DNA of 64,000 nt. It comes from Somniosus microcephalus (lineage: Eukaryota). The notes beneath the pieces were generated by a model that made no database searches, had not been told where the DNA came from, and was given only the letters and a program-made list of their open reading frames with translations. Shown here in pieces: positions 1-12,125 of the stretch; within the stretch, counting starts at the first letter, position 1, and the number at the start of each line of letters is the position of its first letter. The position numbers were made by a program, and so were the translations under genes. Location: assembly GCA_052327205.1 (NCBI GenBank), contig CM126222.1, positions 68,014,001 to 68,078,000 on the forward strand, written 5' to 3'.

Positions 1-383
1 TGGGAGTCTCGTATCGGGCTTGTGGACAATGTGACCCGTCCATCGGAGCTGATTGAGCGTGGTCAGAGCTTCGATGCTGGGGATGTTGGCCTGAGCAAGA
101 ACACGGACGTTGGTGCGCCTATCCTGTCAATGGATTTGCAGGATCTTGTGGAGGCAGCGTTGGTGGTACCTCTCCAGTGCTTTGAGGTGCCTGCTATACA
201 TGGTCCATGTCTCTGAGGCAAACAGCAGGGCGGGTATCACTGCTGCTCTGTAGACCATGAGCTTAGTGCTGGGTTTGAGGTCCTGGTCTTCAAACACTCT
301 CTTCCTCAGGCGACCGAAGGCTGCACTGGCACACTGAAGGCGGTGTTGGACTTCGTTGTCGACGTCTGCCCTTGTTGACAGAT
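1..383 (-). mobile_element. RTE-clade LINE fragment (post-RT region), runs off window start
   Basis: Minus-strand translation reads DDEVQHRLQCASAAFGRLRKRVFEDQDLKPSTKLMVYRAAVIPALLFASETWT...LERYHQRCLHKILQIHWQDRRTN, typical of an RTE ORF. Confidence 0.85.
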
Positions 384-395
384 AATAAAGCTTTA

Positions 396-560
396 AATAA
401 TGGAAATCTGAAGCAAAAGTTTTCCACTGCTAGAAATACACAGCAGGTCTGCCAGCCAATGTAAAGGGAAAAGATGGGCTAATGTTTCAGGCTTGAGTTC
501 GAATGAAAGCTATACCTGAAATGTTAACCTCTCTTTTATGGACGTTGCCTGTTTCCAGCT
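396..560. mobile_element. Degenerate Penelope-type hairpin remnant
   Basis: Decayed similarity to the 3516-3772 element (ggaaatctgaa...cagcaggtc...tgtttcagg / cctgaaatgttaacctctc). Confidence 0.5.
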
Positions 561-1646
561 CCATGATTTGCATTGAGACTAAATTCCTGAATGTCTCGCC
601 GCTCATTCATTCATTTGCCAAATGGCTATCTTTAGCGACAGTTTCTAAGTCGAGCCCAGTCCAAGCATAATGTTTTTTGGCAAGCAAGTTATGCATTTAT
701 CAGGAATCAGCAGTGTAATGATTGATTGTAGCGCTTGGATCATAAACATAACACACGTTAAACACTGGAAACAACTTGGACAGAACAAATGCAGATTTGT
801 TTTTATTTTTAAACACTTGTATATGAGATGGATAGAATATAACGTATGGAACGGCCTATTTCTGGTAAATATAGAAAACCAGTTCATTTAATCCACTTAA
901 ATCACATCTGTTTTTGCAATTTAAAAAAATTATTATATATATTTCAATATATTGTGGCACTGCCAACCTAGTCACATTATTGCATGCATGTTGTAGGCAG
1001 TGCTGAAGAAATTTGGCATCCACAGTAGAGGTTTGTAAGTGAGAATATTTATTCCAGTAATAATTTTGATTAAAAGCTGAGAAATGTTGGTGTGAAGGTG
1101 AGTAAATATTTATCATGAATAGTTCTTACACAAAGAAATCAGCTGTCGAACAGAATATTCATTCAAAGTGGAGTTGAGATATAAAATCTTTTTTATATAT
1201 GTGCTAAAATAAAATCATCATAAGATAAGCTATTTTTGGTCCCGACATTAAACTGGATTGGCATGCTTGTTGATGCTGGGACTAACCTCTTCATCCCGGT
1301 CTTCTGTGTTTATTCCAAGTACATATACTGTATATCTGTAACATCTGTCAGCATTTATCACTAACACTGGAGTTGTTTCTATCTTGTATCCTTCAGAGAA
1401 GAGTAAACCAAATGTCGAATTTACACTGCAAATAGCAATGATTCAAAAGGCTGGTATGCCTTGATGTTTTAACTTGGGTTTTGTGTCAGCAATAGCCAAG
1501 GTGAAACCCTGTAAATTATTTCAAGGCTACTATTTAATCCTTCAGTGAATTTTTTGCTAACGATCTATATCAGCAGTCTAGCTAAGAATCTTATTTGATA
1601 CGTAATTCTGATTCAGAACGGAGAATAACATTAGAAATTCTTTTAG

Positions 1647-2179
1647 AAGAAAGAACTTGCATTTGTATAACGCCTTTCACGACTTTATGACTTCCCAAAA
1701 CGCTTTACAGCCAATGAAGTACTTTTGAAGTGTAGTCACTTCACTTAGGTTTTGTGTCAACAGTAACCAAGTTTTAAAAACATCAAGGCATACCAGCCTT
1801 TTGAATCATTGCAATTTGCAGTGTGAATTTGACATTTGGTTTACTCTTCTCTGAAGGATACAACGTGGCAGCCAATTTTGTGCACAGCAAGGTCCTGCAA
1901 ACAGCAGTGAGACAGATGACCTGTTTTTTTAGTGATATTGGGTGCGTGATAAATATTGGCCTGGACTTCCCTGTAATAGTGCCATGGAATCTTTTACATC
2001 CACCTGAGAGGGCAGACTGGTTTTGTTTCATCCGAAAGATGGCACCTCCAACGTGCAGCACTCCCTCAGTACTGAAGTGTCAGCCTGGATTATGTGCTCA
2101 AGTCTCTGGAGTGGGACTCAAACCCACAACCTTCTGACTCTCAGGTGATTGTGCTACCAACTGAGCCAAGGCTGACACC
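1647..2179 (-). mobile_element. tRNA-derived DeuSINE (SacSINE1-like), interrupted by a templated insertion at 1741-1861
   Basis: Reverse complement of the family seen at 39220-39688: tRNA head near 2100-2179, Deu core, L2-like tail. Confidence 0.85.
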
Positions 2180-3515
2180 TTGGACACACTCCGTCATTGA
2201 GTGATGGAGGAGCGCTATTCCAGGTTTGGCACATCAGTCTTCTACCACGAGATGCAGTCGAGCAATTATATTGGTGCGTTTTAACCTAGATAAGATCTTA
2301 CTATTCCAAACCTTTTAAATTTATATGGGTTTCTGCTTGTTCCTTGCTATTTATTAAACTCATTTTATTTTTCATTAACACTTCTGTAACTTGTGACTTT
2401 CTGAGATGAAAGCTTGCTTTTAATATGGTCTCGGAACAGTCTTCAGGTAATCAGTGCAGTACTTCTGGAGTACCCATATCTTACAGCTGAAATTGATTAA
2501 GATTTCCTTACATCATTATCACTTTTATACAGATCCTGAATTGCAGTATAGACTCGGCACCTCCCCAGATTGTATACCTCAGCCTCTTGGCCCTCTTACC
2601 AGGATTGTAGTGAGATTTCTATTCCCACAAAGTTGGAAACTGCTTATCCCAGTCTCTCAATTAATAAATGCTCCAAAATATACAGCTGCATCTTGTTAAC
2701 TCAAACCCTGTTATTACAAACCTTCCATTATGATTGTTCTTCCAGTCTTTGCTGAAAATAGTCTGTTGGGTAACTCCGCCCTCAATAAGATGAAATCCTG
2801 ATGACAACAATTGCTTTGTTGGTCCTGAAGATATTTTTAATGATGAATTTTGACTTTAGTATCTACCATTTGAAGTTCATTCAAGGAAAAAAGAATAATG
2901 TTTAAAATTGTATTTCATTCTCTTTATAGTCAACTATGGGGCTGGGTTTGAGTGCTTCATGGCTTCTCCATCTGTTAACATTAACTTATCACATCACTAA
3001 AACACTTCTGATTTAAAGCAGATTTTCTAAGTGGTTTTGAATTGTATACTGGATTCCTCTCAAAAGAAGATGCTGGTAAAATGCATCTGTTCATGTATAA
3101 CCAGAAATGCTGACTTACCACCTTAGTGACTTTTCACTGTCTGATGGTGGATTCCTTTCTCAAATATGTATATACAGAACGATGTGCAAAGACCTGAAAA
3201 TGCTAATTGTCTCATTAGCTTAAATCTTTTTGTTAGATTTTAACATGACTAAAAGAGGTTGTCTCTAATGAGCACAAGGTTCATTGATCCCATGTTGAAT
3301 ATTTTATTTCAACCATTTAACCTCATTTGAAGGCATATTTTGCATCTTATTGGAATGCTAACTCGGTCTAATAGCTGTGGTCTTTAAGTTATATTCCACT
3401 GGCAATGTAATCTTTTTGCTAGATAGACCTCAAGATAAACCTCAGTGATCACAGCCACCAATATCCCAGTCATTGTACCAATCCTTTTTCACAAATGGAC
3501 GTTCAGCTAGAATAC

Positions 3516-3772
3516 GATAGCAAAATACTGCAGATGCTGGAAATCCGAAATAACAACAGAAAACGCTGGAAAAACTCAGCAGGCTAGGCAACATCCGTGG
3601 AGAGAGAAACAGAGTTAACGTTTCAGGTCGAAGACCCTTCGTCAGGACTGAGAAAAAGTCCTGACGAAGGGTTAGTCCTGACGAAGGGTCTTCGACCTGA
3701 AACATTGACTCTGTTTCTCTCTCCACGGATGTTGCCTGGCCTGCTGAGTTTTTCCAGCGTTTTCTGTTGTTA
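3516..3772. mobile_element. Penelope-like element-derived inverted-repeat hairpin with minimal hammerhead ribozyme motifs
   Basis: 99-bp inverted arms (3551-3649 / 3674-3772). Perfect 15-bp flanking direct repeat GTTCAGCTAGAATAC (3501-3515, 3773-3787). CTGACGA-stem II-GAAA core in each arm. Confidence 0.75.
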
Positions 3773-3994
3773 GTTCAGCTAGAATACTTGTAGTGTTGCA
3801 TAGATTTGATTTTTCTGAAATTTTTAGATGCAGATACAAAATTTTGCAATAAAAAAAATTAATCATGAAATCAGTGATGGTTGTGAATGTCTGATGTGGT
3901 ATTATAGTAAGATTAGTTTCATACTATATCCCCACAATGACTCATAAATGTTAGCTTTTTTTGTGGCTGAACAAAAACCTATTTGCCTATGTAA

Positions 3995-4330
3995 TTTTTT
4001 TTATTCGTTCTTAAGATGTGGGCGTCGCTGGCAAGGCCAGCATTTATTGCCCATCCCTAATTGCCCTTGAGAAGGTGGTGGTGAGCCTTTGCCTTGAACC
4101 GCTGCAGTCTTTGAGGTGAAGGTACTCCCACAGTGCTGTTTTAGGGGGTTGGGGGGGGGGGGGGGGTGGAGTTCCAGGATTTTGACCCAGCAACGATGAA
4201 GGAACGACGATATATTTCCAATTCCGGATGGTGTGAATTGGAGGGGAACTTGGAGGTGATGGTGTTCGCATGCGCCTGCTACCCTTGTCCTTCTAGGTGG
4301 TAGAGGTCACGGGTTTGGGAGGTGCTGTCA
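3995..4330 (-). mobile_element. 3' fragment of the CR1/L2-group LINE family seen at 47031-48803
   Basis: Reverse complement matches the 3' end of 47031-48803 (ccaccaccttctcaagggcaat...gatgggcaataaatgctggccttgccagcgac). Confidence 0.85.
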
Positions 4331-4625
4331 CATTCTTGCTGTACTGAAACTAATTATGTGAGGTACTTTGAAACGTGAATAAGGGACTATATTACGGCAT
4401 CAATATCAGATACTGAAATCCCAAATGCATTGCATCATTAATATGACATTCACACTGCAGAATAAACTCATGACATAATTGTTGCAAATTTTGGTACGTT
4501 GTTTGGCGGATGTAAATCAGTTTTTTGCCACAATGAACTTAACTCCTCCAGATAACTGATCAGAGCTGTTGGTCATATCTCTTAGGAAGTTATAATTGGC
4601 TTGCAATCAGAATTCTGAGTGCCAT

Positions 4626-5043
4626 TGTCACCTTGGTTGAGTTGGTAGCATTCTTGCCTTTGAGTCAGAAGCTTGTTTGTTCATGCCCCACCCACTTCAG
4701 GAGCTGAGCACATAATCTAGACTGGCACATCAGTGCAGTACTGAATGAATACTGCATTGTTGAGGTGCCCTCTTAAATTGAGGTCCCATATGCTTGTTCA
4801 GTCGGATGTGACAGACCTCATTCAGAGTCACTTGGCCAATATTCTTTTCTCAACCAACATCACCAAAAAAATATATATTAACTGGTCGTTCATCTCATTG
4901 CTGTTTGTGTTATCTTGCTGTGCACAAACTAGCTGCCGTGTTGGTTCATATGGCTCTAATTCACCTTGGGAAATGAATTGGTTGTGAGGTGCTCTGATGT
5001 CCTGAGATGTAATAAGGTGCTATGTAAATGAATGCAAGTTCTT
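4626..5043 (+). mobile_element. Diverged SacSINE1-like DeuSINE
   Basis: tRNA-like head (gagttggtagca...gagtcagaag), cagtgcagtactga core, tail ending gcaagttctt. Confidence 0.7.
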
Positions 5044-5774
5044 GATTTTGTCTAGCCTGCTCTTCTGAAACTGGTTTGCTATTTGTTTCCCCTATCCCGC
5101 TGCTGCTGCATTGGAGGCAGAGCCTTCAGTTACCACACCCCTGCACTCTGGGACTTTCCTTAAATCTCTTTGCTTTGCTATTTCTCTTTCCTCGATCAAA
5201 AACCTCTTCAAAACTTGCCTCTTTGGTCATGTCTCCTAGTCTCTTTCCTACTACCTGCTTGATGGCTACCACTCCCTCAATAAGGTCCTTCATAATGTGA
5301 ACAACACTAACACTATAGAAATGTCAGTTGTGAATGTTATTAAATAGTGCTCAATTTGAATAAGAACCTGAGTTAGAAAATGTGGAATGAGACAAGCCCC
5401 ATTAAAGGTGCTCCTTGTAACCAGTGGGGTATAATTCTGTGCTGTTCTGGAGTTCCTCAATTTATTCAATATCCTGGAAGAGTATATTAATAAAACTTCC
5501 TAAAAATGTCATCTTAACCCCTAAAGGTAATTGAGTGAAAATTCCAGGAGACCGCCCTTGCAGTGTGATCCATGTTAATCTACTCCTAATTGGCTACATT
5601 CCAGAGAGAACAATCCTAAACTCCAATCAGGACTGGAACCACAACTTTCCATAGACTGTTTGATTTTTGTAATTATAATCTCCAGTCATATTCTTATCCG
5701 GATATTTATCTAGCTCCATTTTGATGGAGTTGATTTGCGTAGCCTTTGGTAGGAGTCTATTCCTCTACATGGCA

Positions 5775-6611
5775 GCAACAACAACAACTACTTGTATTTA
5801 TATAACACCTTTAACATAGTAAAACATCCCAAAACGCTTCACAGGAGTATTATAAGGCAAAAAATTTGACATCGAGCCACATAAGGAGAAATTAGAGCAG
5901 GTGTCCAAAAGCTTAGTCCAAGAGGTAAGTTTTAAGGAGCGTCTTAAAGGAGGAAAAAGAGATAGAGAGGCGGAGAGGTTTAGGCAAGGAATTCCAGAGC
6001 TTGGGTCCTTGGCAACAGAAGGTTGAGCGATTATAATCAGGGATGCTCAAGAGGGCAGAATTAGAGGAGCGCAGATATCTTTTTGAGGGGGGTGGGTGCT
6101 GAAGGAGATTAGAGAGATGGGGAGGAGCGAGGCCATGGAGGGATTTGAAAACATGGATGAGAATTTTGAAATTGAGGTGTTGCTTAACCGGGAGCCAGTG
6201 TAGGTCAGCGAGCACAGGGGTGATGGGTGAACGGGACTTGGTACGAGTTAGGACACGGGCAGCCGAGTTTTGGATGACCTCAAGTTTATGTAGGGTAGAA
6301 TGTGGGAGTCCAGCCAGGAGTGTGGGGAACAGTCAAATCTAGAGGTAACAAAGGCATGGATGAGGGTTTCAGCAGCGGATGAGCTGAGGCAAGGGCGGAG
6401 ACGGGCAATGTTAGAGGTGGAAATAGGCGGTCTTAGTTATGCCACGGATATGTGGTCGGAAGCTCATTTCAGGGTCAAATATGGCACCAAGGTTGCGAAC
6501 AGTCTGGTTCAGCCTCAGACAGATGTTAGGGAGGGGGATGGAGTCAGTGGCTAGGGAACAGAGTTTGTAGTGGGGACCGAAAACAATGGCTTCGGTCTTC
6601 CCAATATTTAA
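5775..6611 (-). mobile_element. L2-clade LINE 3' portion
   Basis: ORF LADLHWLPVKQHLNFKILIHVFKSLHGLAPPHLSNLL...KLWNSLP is a classic L2 C-terminus. (TTG)n tail at 5775-5790. The 3' tail is shared with the DeuSINE. Confidence 0.9.
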
Positions 6612-7886
6612 TCCAGAAGCATGACAATTTAGAGACCGTGAAGGGGTCGAGAGAAGTGGTAGTAAGGAGAAAAGAGGGGAAGAAAGTTCTGTTCTCTGGT
6701 CTTGTGCAACCTTTTGAATTTTTGTAATTGTATTCTATGGTTACTTAATCTCATCAAGTAATAAGTTTCTACGCTCTCCATACCTCTTAGTATTTTGAAG
6801 ACTCGCCTTTCGATCTTTGTTTTCTGCAATGACCTATCCAATTGTTTTTCCACACTAGTTTCAAATCCCCAATTCATCCTTGTTCTTCTGTCAGTTTTCT
6901 TCTAATACATCAATGTCCATTTTGAAAGTAGAATGTCACAAATTGTGCACAATAATCTAACTGTAAATAAACAGTTTGAATGTGATTAATTGCCCTCCAG
7001 AGCCATCCCAGTACTTAACCTTATTGATTGCCTCGTAGTAACTTGATACTTTTAATAAGTGCCAAAATCTTTCTCTTTTTCCATCTTCATTGATGAATAG
7101 AAAGCTTGTTATGAGAAACATTAGTGGTGCCCTCCCTGTAAGGGGAGCCACCTGTTAACATATCCCTGCACAATTAACTGGCCCATTGCAAAATAGGCTT
7201 CATCCATTGTGTGCACGCATGTTTCATGTACTAGAATGCTGTAGCTTACGTTTGCCCACATTAAAGTCTCATGAGCCATTTCTTAATCCATCCATTTAAT
7301 TTCTCTCTATCCCATTGGATACCATCAAAATCTCAAACCCTAACTTGGTGTCTGTTTGCAAAAGTGTACTTTAGTATTATAAAACGGAAAAAAGACTGCT
7401 ATTACTGGAAATTTGAAATAAAATCAGAATTCTTGATTATGGGTGCACAGCTGATTTATCTTTTTACAGATGCTGGCTGATCTGTGTATCTCCAGCATTT
7501 TTGTTTTTATTTGTACTTTAGTGCTGATTTGTAGCAAAAATTAAAAATCTATTTTTATGCTGTTTCAATCCACTTAACAGCTGATATAAATTCTTCATTT
7601 TATAAAACTAGAAGTAGATTCATTCATATTGATTATAAAAATATGAGTACTCAGAAAACACACTAACAGAACTTGGTTAGTTACTGAGCCCAGACACATC
7701 CCTCATCAGTTAGCGTCACTCAGTGAAACAAAGTCCTGTTTTCTGTTGCCAAGTCGATTTTTAATCCAGCCAGCTAATTTTCCATTAATTCCACGATCTT
7801 TGCTATTCATTGGAAGCTGAATGTGGAACTTAAAGTTGCTTCTAAAAATTGAAGTCATTTATATCCATGGACAGTGACGTGAATCT

Positions 7887-8107
7887 TGTCATTCATGTGG
7901 AAATGACTTATGTAATAATACTGGGCGGCCTGCTGGTGGCGCTGTCCAGGGAGAGTATAAATACTCGGGCATGGGCCCAGCTTGCTCAGGACATTCTTTA
8001 ACAGGAACTAGTGAAGGACACAACTAGACCTCCATGTTGTAAAACAGTTGATTAAAGCTTTGTTTAACGCTTAGACCAAGTGCCTAGTAGTTTTCTTACG
8101 TCAGACA
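7887..8107 (+). mobile_element. Solo LTR (221 bp)
   Basis: TGTC...GACA inverted termini. 5-bp TSD-like AATCT/GATCT (7882-7886, 8108-8112). TATAAA at 7956-7961 and ATTAAA at 8051-8056. Confidence 0.7.
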
Positions 8108-10647
8108 GATCTTGTCCATTAAATTAGTTTGCTCCTGAAAAGAACTCTTAATAGGTCTGTCGGGCATGACCTATTGCTACGAAAACTATGATAACTACTC
8201 CTTGTGGCCTCTCGGCTCTCTAGATGAATGTAAAATACTTGAGAATGTTCCCTGAACTGATCAGCTCATTTATCTAGAATTCTCCGATATCAAATGTGTT
8301 AATAAGGATTCAAACACTTGGAAAAATGTTTTTGTTGCATTGAAGTGAAAGTGTCTTAAAAAGAATAAAGGATGTTGCAGTAGAATAGTGTTTTTTTGCC
8401 TTCGGTTTAAAAAAAACACCTACACCAAATGACACATTTCTGAATGGCTCTGTGTAGATCTCGTGCTAGTAGCCAGTTCTGGGAGTTGCGTAGTCCTGAA
8501 TTGATGTGTTTGCAAAGAAAGCCTCCGCATTCTTTTGGGGATTTGGATTCTTCAAATACTACCTTGTTTAATTTTTAAAATGTGTTAACTACCACAAAAA
8601 TAAAACTTTAATTAGGCAATTAAAAATATATTGCAGTTTAAATCATTTCTATAATGCTTTTTGGGGGAATAACGAAGTGTTACTACGCAAAAATCTTGCT
8701 TCTGCTTAAGGATAATTTTGCGAATGCCCAATTTTGGGGAAGAATTGCTTTAGTTTTAATTCAACAGAACTATAAATAGAAATGTGCTCAGTGTAGTAGC
8801 TGGCTGAGTGAGTTGGCCTCTGGTCAGCGAGAACTTAATCGGTTCTGGTTTGTCATCGGTTTTCTGTGTTACGTTGATAAGTAGTGAAGCTGAATCCCCG
8901 CCAGAGTTCACAGCTTAGTGGGCACATTGGGGAAAAGGAAGTCTAAGCAGGAAGGCCCATTATTAACATGGCTGTAGGCCAGGGAAGCTGGTCAGCTTGG
9001 AACAAAACCCTGGTATCCTTACAGAAACAGTTGTCACTTGCTTTCTTTTGAACATCTTTTAGCCAATCAAAGTTCTTTACAAAGCCCACCTGCAGTTGTG
9101 TATTGACAGAATTTTCTGGAATTTGAGGCAGTGCTGCAGAATAACTTGCGATAAGGCGGAGCAGTTTGTGTATAATAAAGGCAAATAAAGTAACCGTGAT
9201 CCTTTTGCGCACTGATATTCAAGCAGTTCAAATATTTGTGCTTGTTAGAGTGCGGTACAACTTTTACAAACCGCATTAAATATTTTCAAATCGTTAGGTA
9301 AAGTTGTATATATTTTAACATGACTTAATCCAAAATGTGGATATGGCTCTAATATGTCTAATATATTTAAAAAATATAATAATTAGCAAGTTAAAGACCA
9401 TTTTACCCATGCACCTCACTCTCATCCAGGTCCTATTTAATGTTTTAAAAACTTTTCCTAAATAATCCTGTTGACCGGGCTCTTCCTTCAGCCAAACAGT
9501 GGAGTGAACACACTGCTGATTGCCAAGGAAGTCATAGCAAGATTTTACCCTGAGACTCATGCTAGGGGGGAAAAAATGACTGCGTGAACACAGACACCAT
9601 AGCATGATCCGCCACTGTTGTTGAATGAATAGAGGTCTCCACAGAGGAAGGCCCATTACTGGGATTATTGAAAAGTGTTCAAAAATGCTGAGTACTTAAC
9701 CCCAGAATAAACTTGTTAAAGCATTAATCCCAACAAATTCTACAGGAATCAGACTTGCTCCTCCTCCTCCCAAGCAATTGGCGATTGTGACAAATTACGT
9801 ATTTTTGTTCAGGTTTCGGTTTGGTGGCTACCCCTTCAATACTCATTATGCTTAGTGCACTGAACAATAATGTCTTGAACCAAGCCTATCCTAACGCATT
9901 ATTGCAAAGTTTACTGTCGTCTGCCCGAGAGGAGTAGAGTATAATGTACAATTTTCAAATGTACACGTACTTTGTGCTTGGTTCAATTTGTATTTGATTG
10001 ACCGAATTTGAATGGCTAGTTATTCAAAACCCATGAAGTCCCAGTAACTTCACCAGGATATAAAAAGAGTTGATGGGAGGTACAGTAGTTGGAAAATCTC
10101 ATGCGGAGGGATAATTTGAAATTTTAAAGAAGTTGTTTGGAAAATCTCAGAAGATTGGTTAATGTTCCTGAAAGATAGGGAAATATCTGTTTATTTAAAC
10201 GTTTTCTGCAAAAGCTTAGATTGATTCTTGCGATGTTTTTCTTATCTTGTCTACTTGAGTTACTGTAAATGTATAACTGCATTATATCATTGTTAAATTC
10301 TTCGCATGTTCATTCGATAAATTTGCTTCATATTTTACATTTTAATCTGAGGTCTGGTGTGAAACTTCACCACTTTTAAAGTGGGATGTTATGGAGGCAT
10401 AAGGTAGTCCAGTGCCCAAAAGCAATTACCCAACAGGGTTTGCCGTTTGCTTCCCAGGGCACATTACTGAAAGCTTAGCTAGATCTCAAGACAAGGATGG
10501 GCACGCTCAAATGTATGGGGACTTGGGACCCGTCAATGAGGGTGATCTAAGATATAAGGGCCAAAGGTTTAAAAAGGCCCCGAAATGTAAGTCATGCAAG
10601 GGGATTCTGTTAACTTTACTAATAACTTAAGGCATATTTATATAGGA

Positions 10648-10992
10648 AATGCTTCAAGGACACCCTCAAATCCTCCTTGAAAAAGTGTAACACCCCCACC
10701 GACACCTGGGAATCCCTGGCCCAAGACTGCACAAAGTGGAGGAGAAGCATCCGGGAAGGCGCCGAACACCTCGAGTCTCTTCGCCGGGAGCAAGCGGAAG
10801 CCAAGCGCAGGTAGCGGAAGCCAAGCGCACGTCAACCCAAGCACCCCACCCACCCGTCCCTTCAACCACCGTCTGCCCCACCTGTGACAGAGACTGTAGG
10901 TCCCGCACTGGACTCATCAGTCACCTGAGAACTCATTTTTAATGTGGAAGCAAGTCATCCTCGGTTCCGAGGGACTGCCTAAGAAGAAGAAG
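10648..10992 (+). mobile_element. 5'-truncated RTE LINE 3' end
   Basis: C-terminal Zn finger CPTCDRDCRSRTGLISHLRTHF*, (AAG)n tail, 12-bp TSD ATTTATATAGGA (10636-10647, 10993-11004). Confidence 0.9.
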
Positions 10993-11794
10993 ATTTATAT
11001 AGGATATTCTATTTTAAGCCAGAATGCTTGTTTACAATGAATTATTGCCGAACGGTGCCTAATAGAAAATACAAGTACAAGACAAAATGGATGCTAGATG
11101 TACTGAAGTGGAACATCCATTGGCATTCCCGACTGCTTAGTTCACTGTTGCTGCTGTCATTTCATCATTAAGTCTAATGGCTTGATTTAACTTTGTGAGG
11201 TTGGATGCTGACTGAATATCAACAGGGAGCAGATAGTAGAAAATTGCCCACCTAAACATGAATTAACTTTTACTTGAGAACCATAAAGATTAGCTTGACT
11301 CCTACTGTGTGTGCTGTGCATGAATTGATTTGTAAAGTTAAATGTTTCCATTGGGTATGTAGAAGCAAAATTCTGTATAATTGCGTTGGTAAGAATGCAA
11401 TTCTTCTCTGCTAGAGATGGGTAGACATTCAGGTTGGGGAAAAGTTTGGTTCTTTATTGAGATTTTTGGAATGTGGCTTAATGTGATCCTTTACTTTTAA
11501 ACATGCTGTCTATCCATCCCACGTGGAAGCTAGGAAAATAGCACGTGGCAAGATTTAATGGAAGTCCCACTAGTTCACTGTGCAGACATTATGTAGAACT
11601 TACTTGAAGTGGGAATCACTCCGATTTTAAACCTGTTCTTTTGCCTTTCAGGAAGTTAGACTACAGTTTTGCTTGTTTTTGTTCTTGTAAACAGTACATG
11701 TTGCTTCCTATTTCAATGTATTTCTGTGTAGCTTCACTTTGTATATAACCATATTCTCACTGCTTTAGTTGCAGTTATTTCATTGCTTCAGCAC

Positions 11795-12125
11795 ATAATA
11801 GAGGCTGGTGCTCAAGTGTATTACTGATGGAGTCCTGCATTGTCAGAGATGCCACCCTTTGGATGAGACGTTAAGCTGAGGCCCTATCTGCCTATTCTGG
11901 TGATTCAATGTGATAAAATCATGGCACAATTTGAGAACGGGGAGCTTTCTCGGTGTCATTTCCAACATTGCTCCCTGGACCAACATCACCAGAAACAAAT
12001 TAGCTGATCGATCATTTCATTGTTGTTTGAGAGATCTTAATATGTTTAAAATAGCTGTCATATTGGCCTATGTAACAGTCATCAACAGCACTTTAATTCT
12101 CTGTGGATGGGCTTGTGGTGACATA
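11795..12125 (+). mobile_element. Diverged SacSINE1-like DeuSINE (partial)
   Basis: ggatgagacgttaagctgaggccctatctgcc Deu-core match plus downstream family sequence. Confidence 0.7.

Noticed and set aside
1386-1393. U12-type donor GTATCCTT (also about 9013, 23837 and 37237)
   Set aside because: No plausible coding exon upstream of any of them.
9746-9812. Possible ASPSCR1 exon equivalent to human FITPPKTVLDDHTQTLFQ (reads LAPPPPKQLAIVTNYVFLF)
   Set aside because: Poor acceptor, weak similarity, and it ends in the wrong phase to join 27660.
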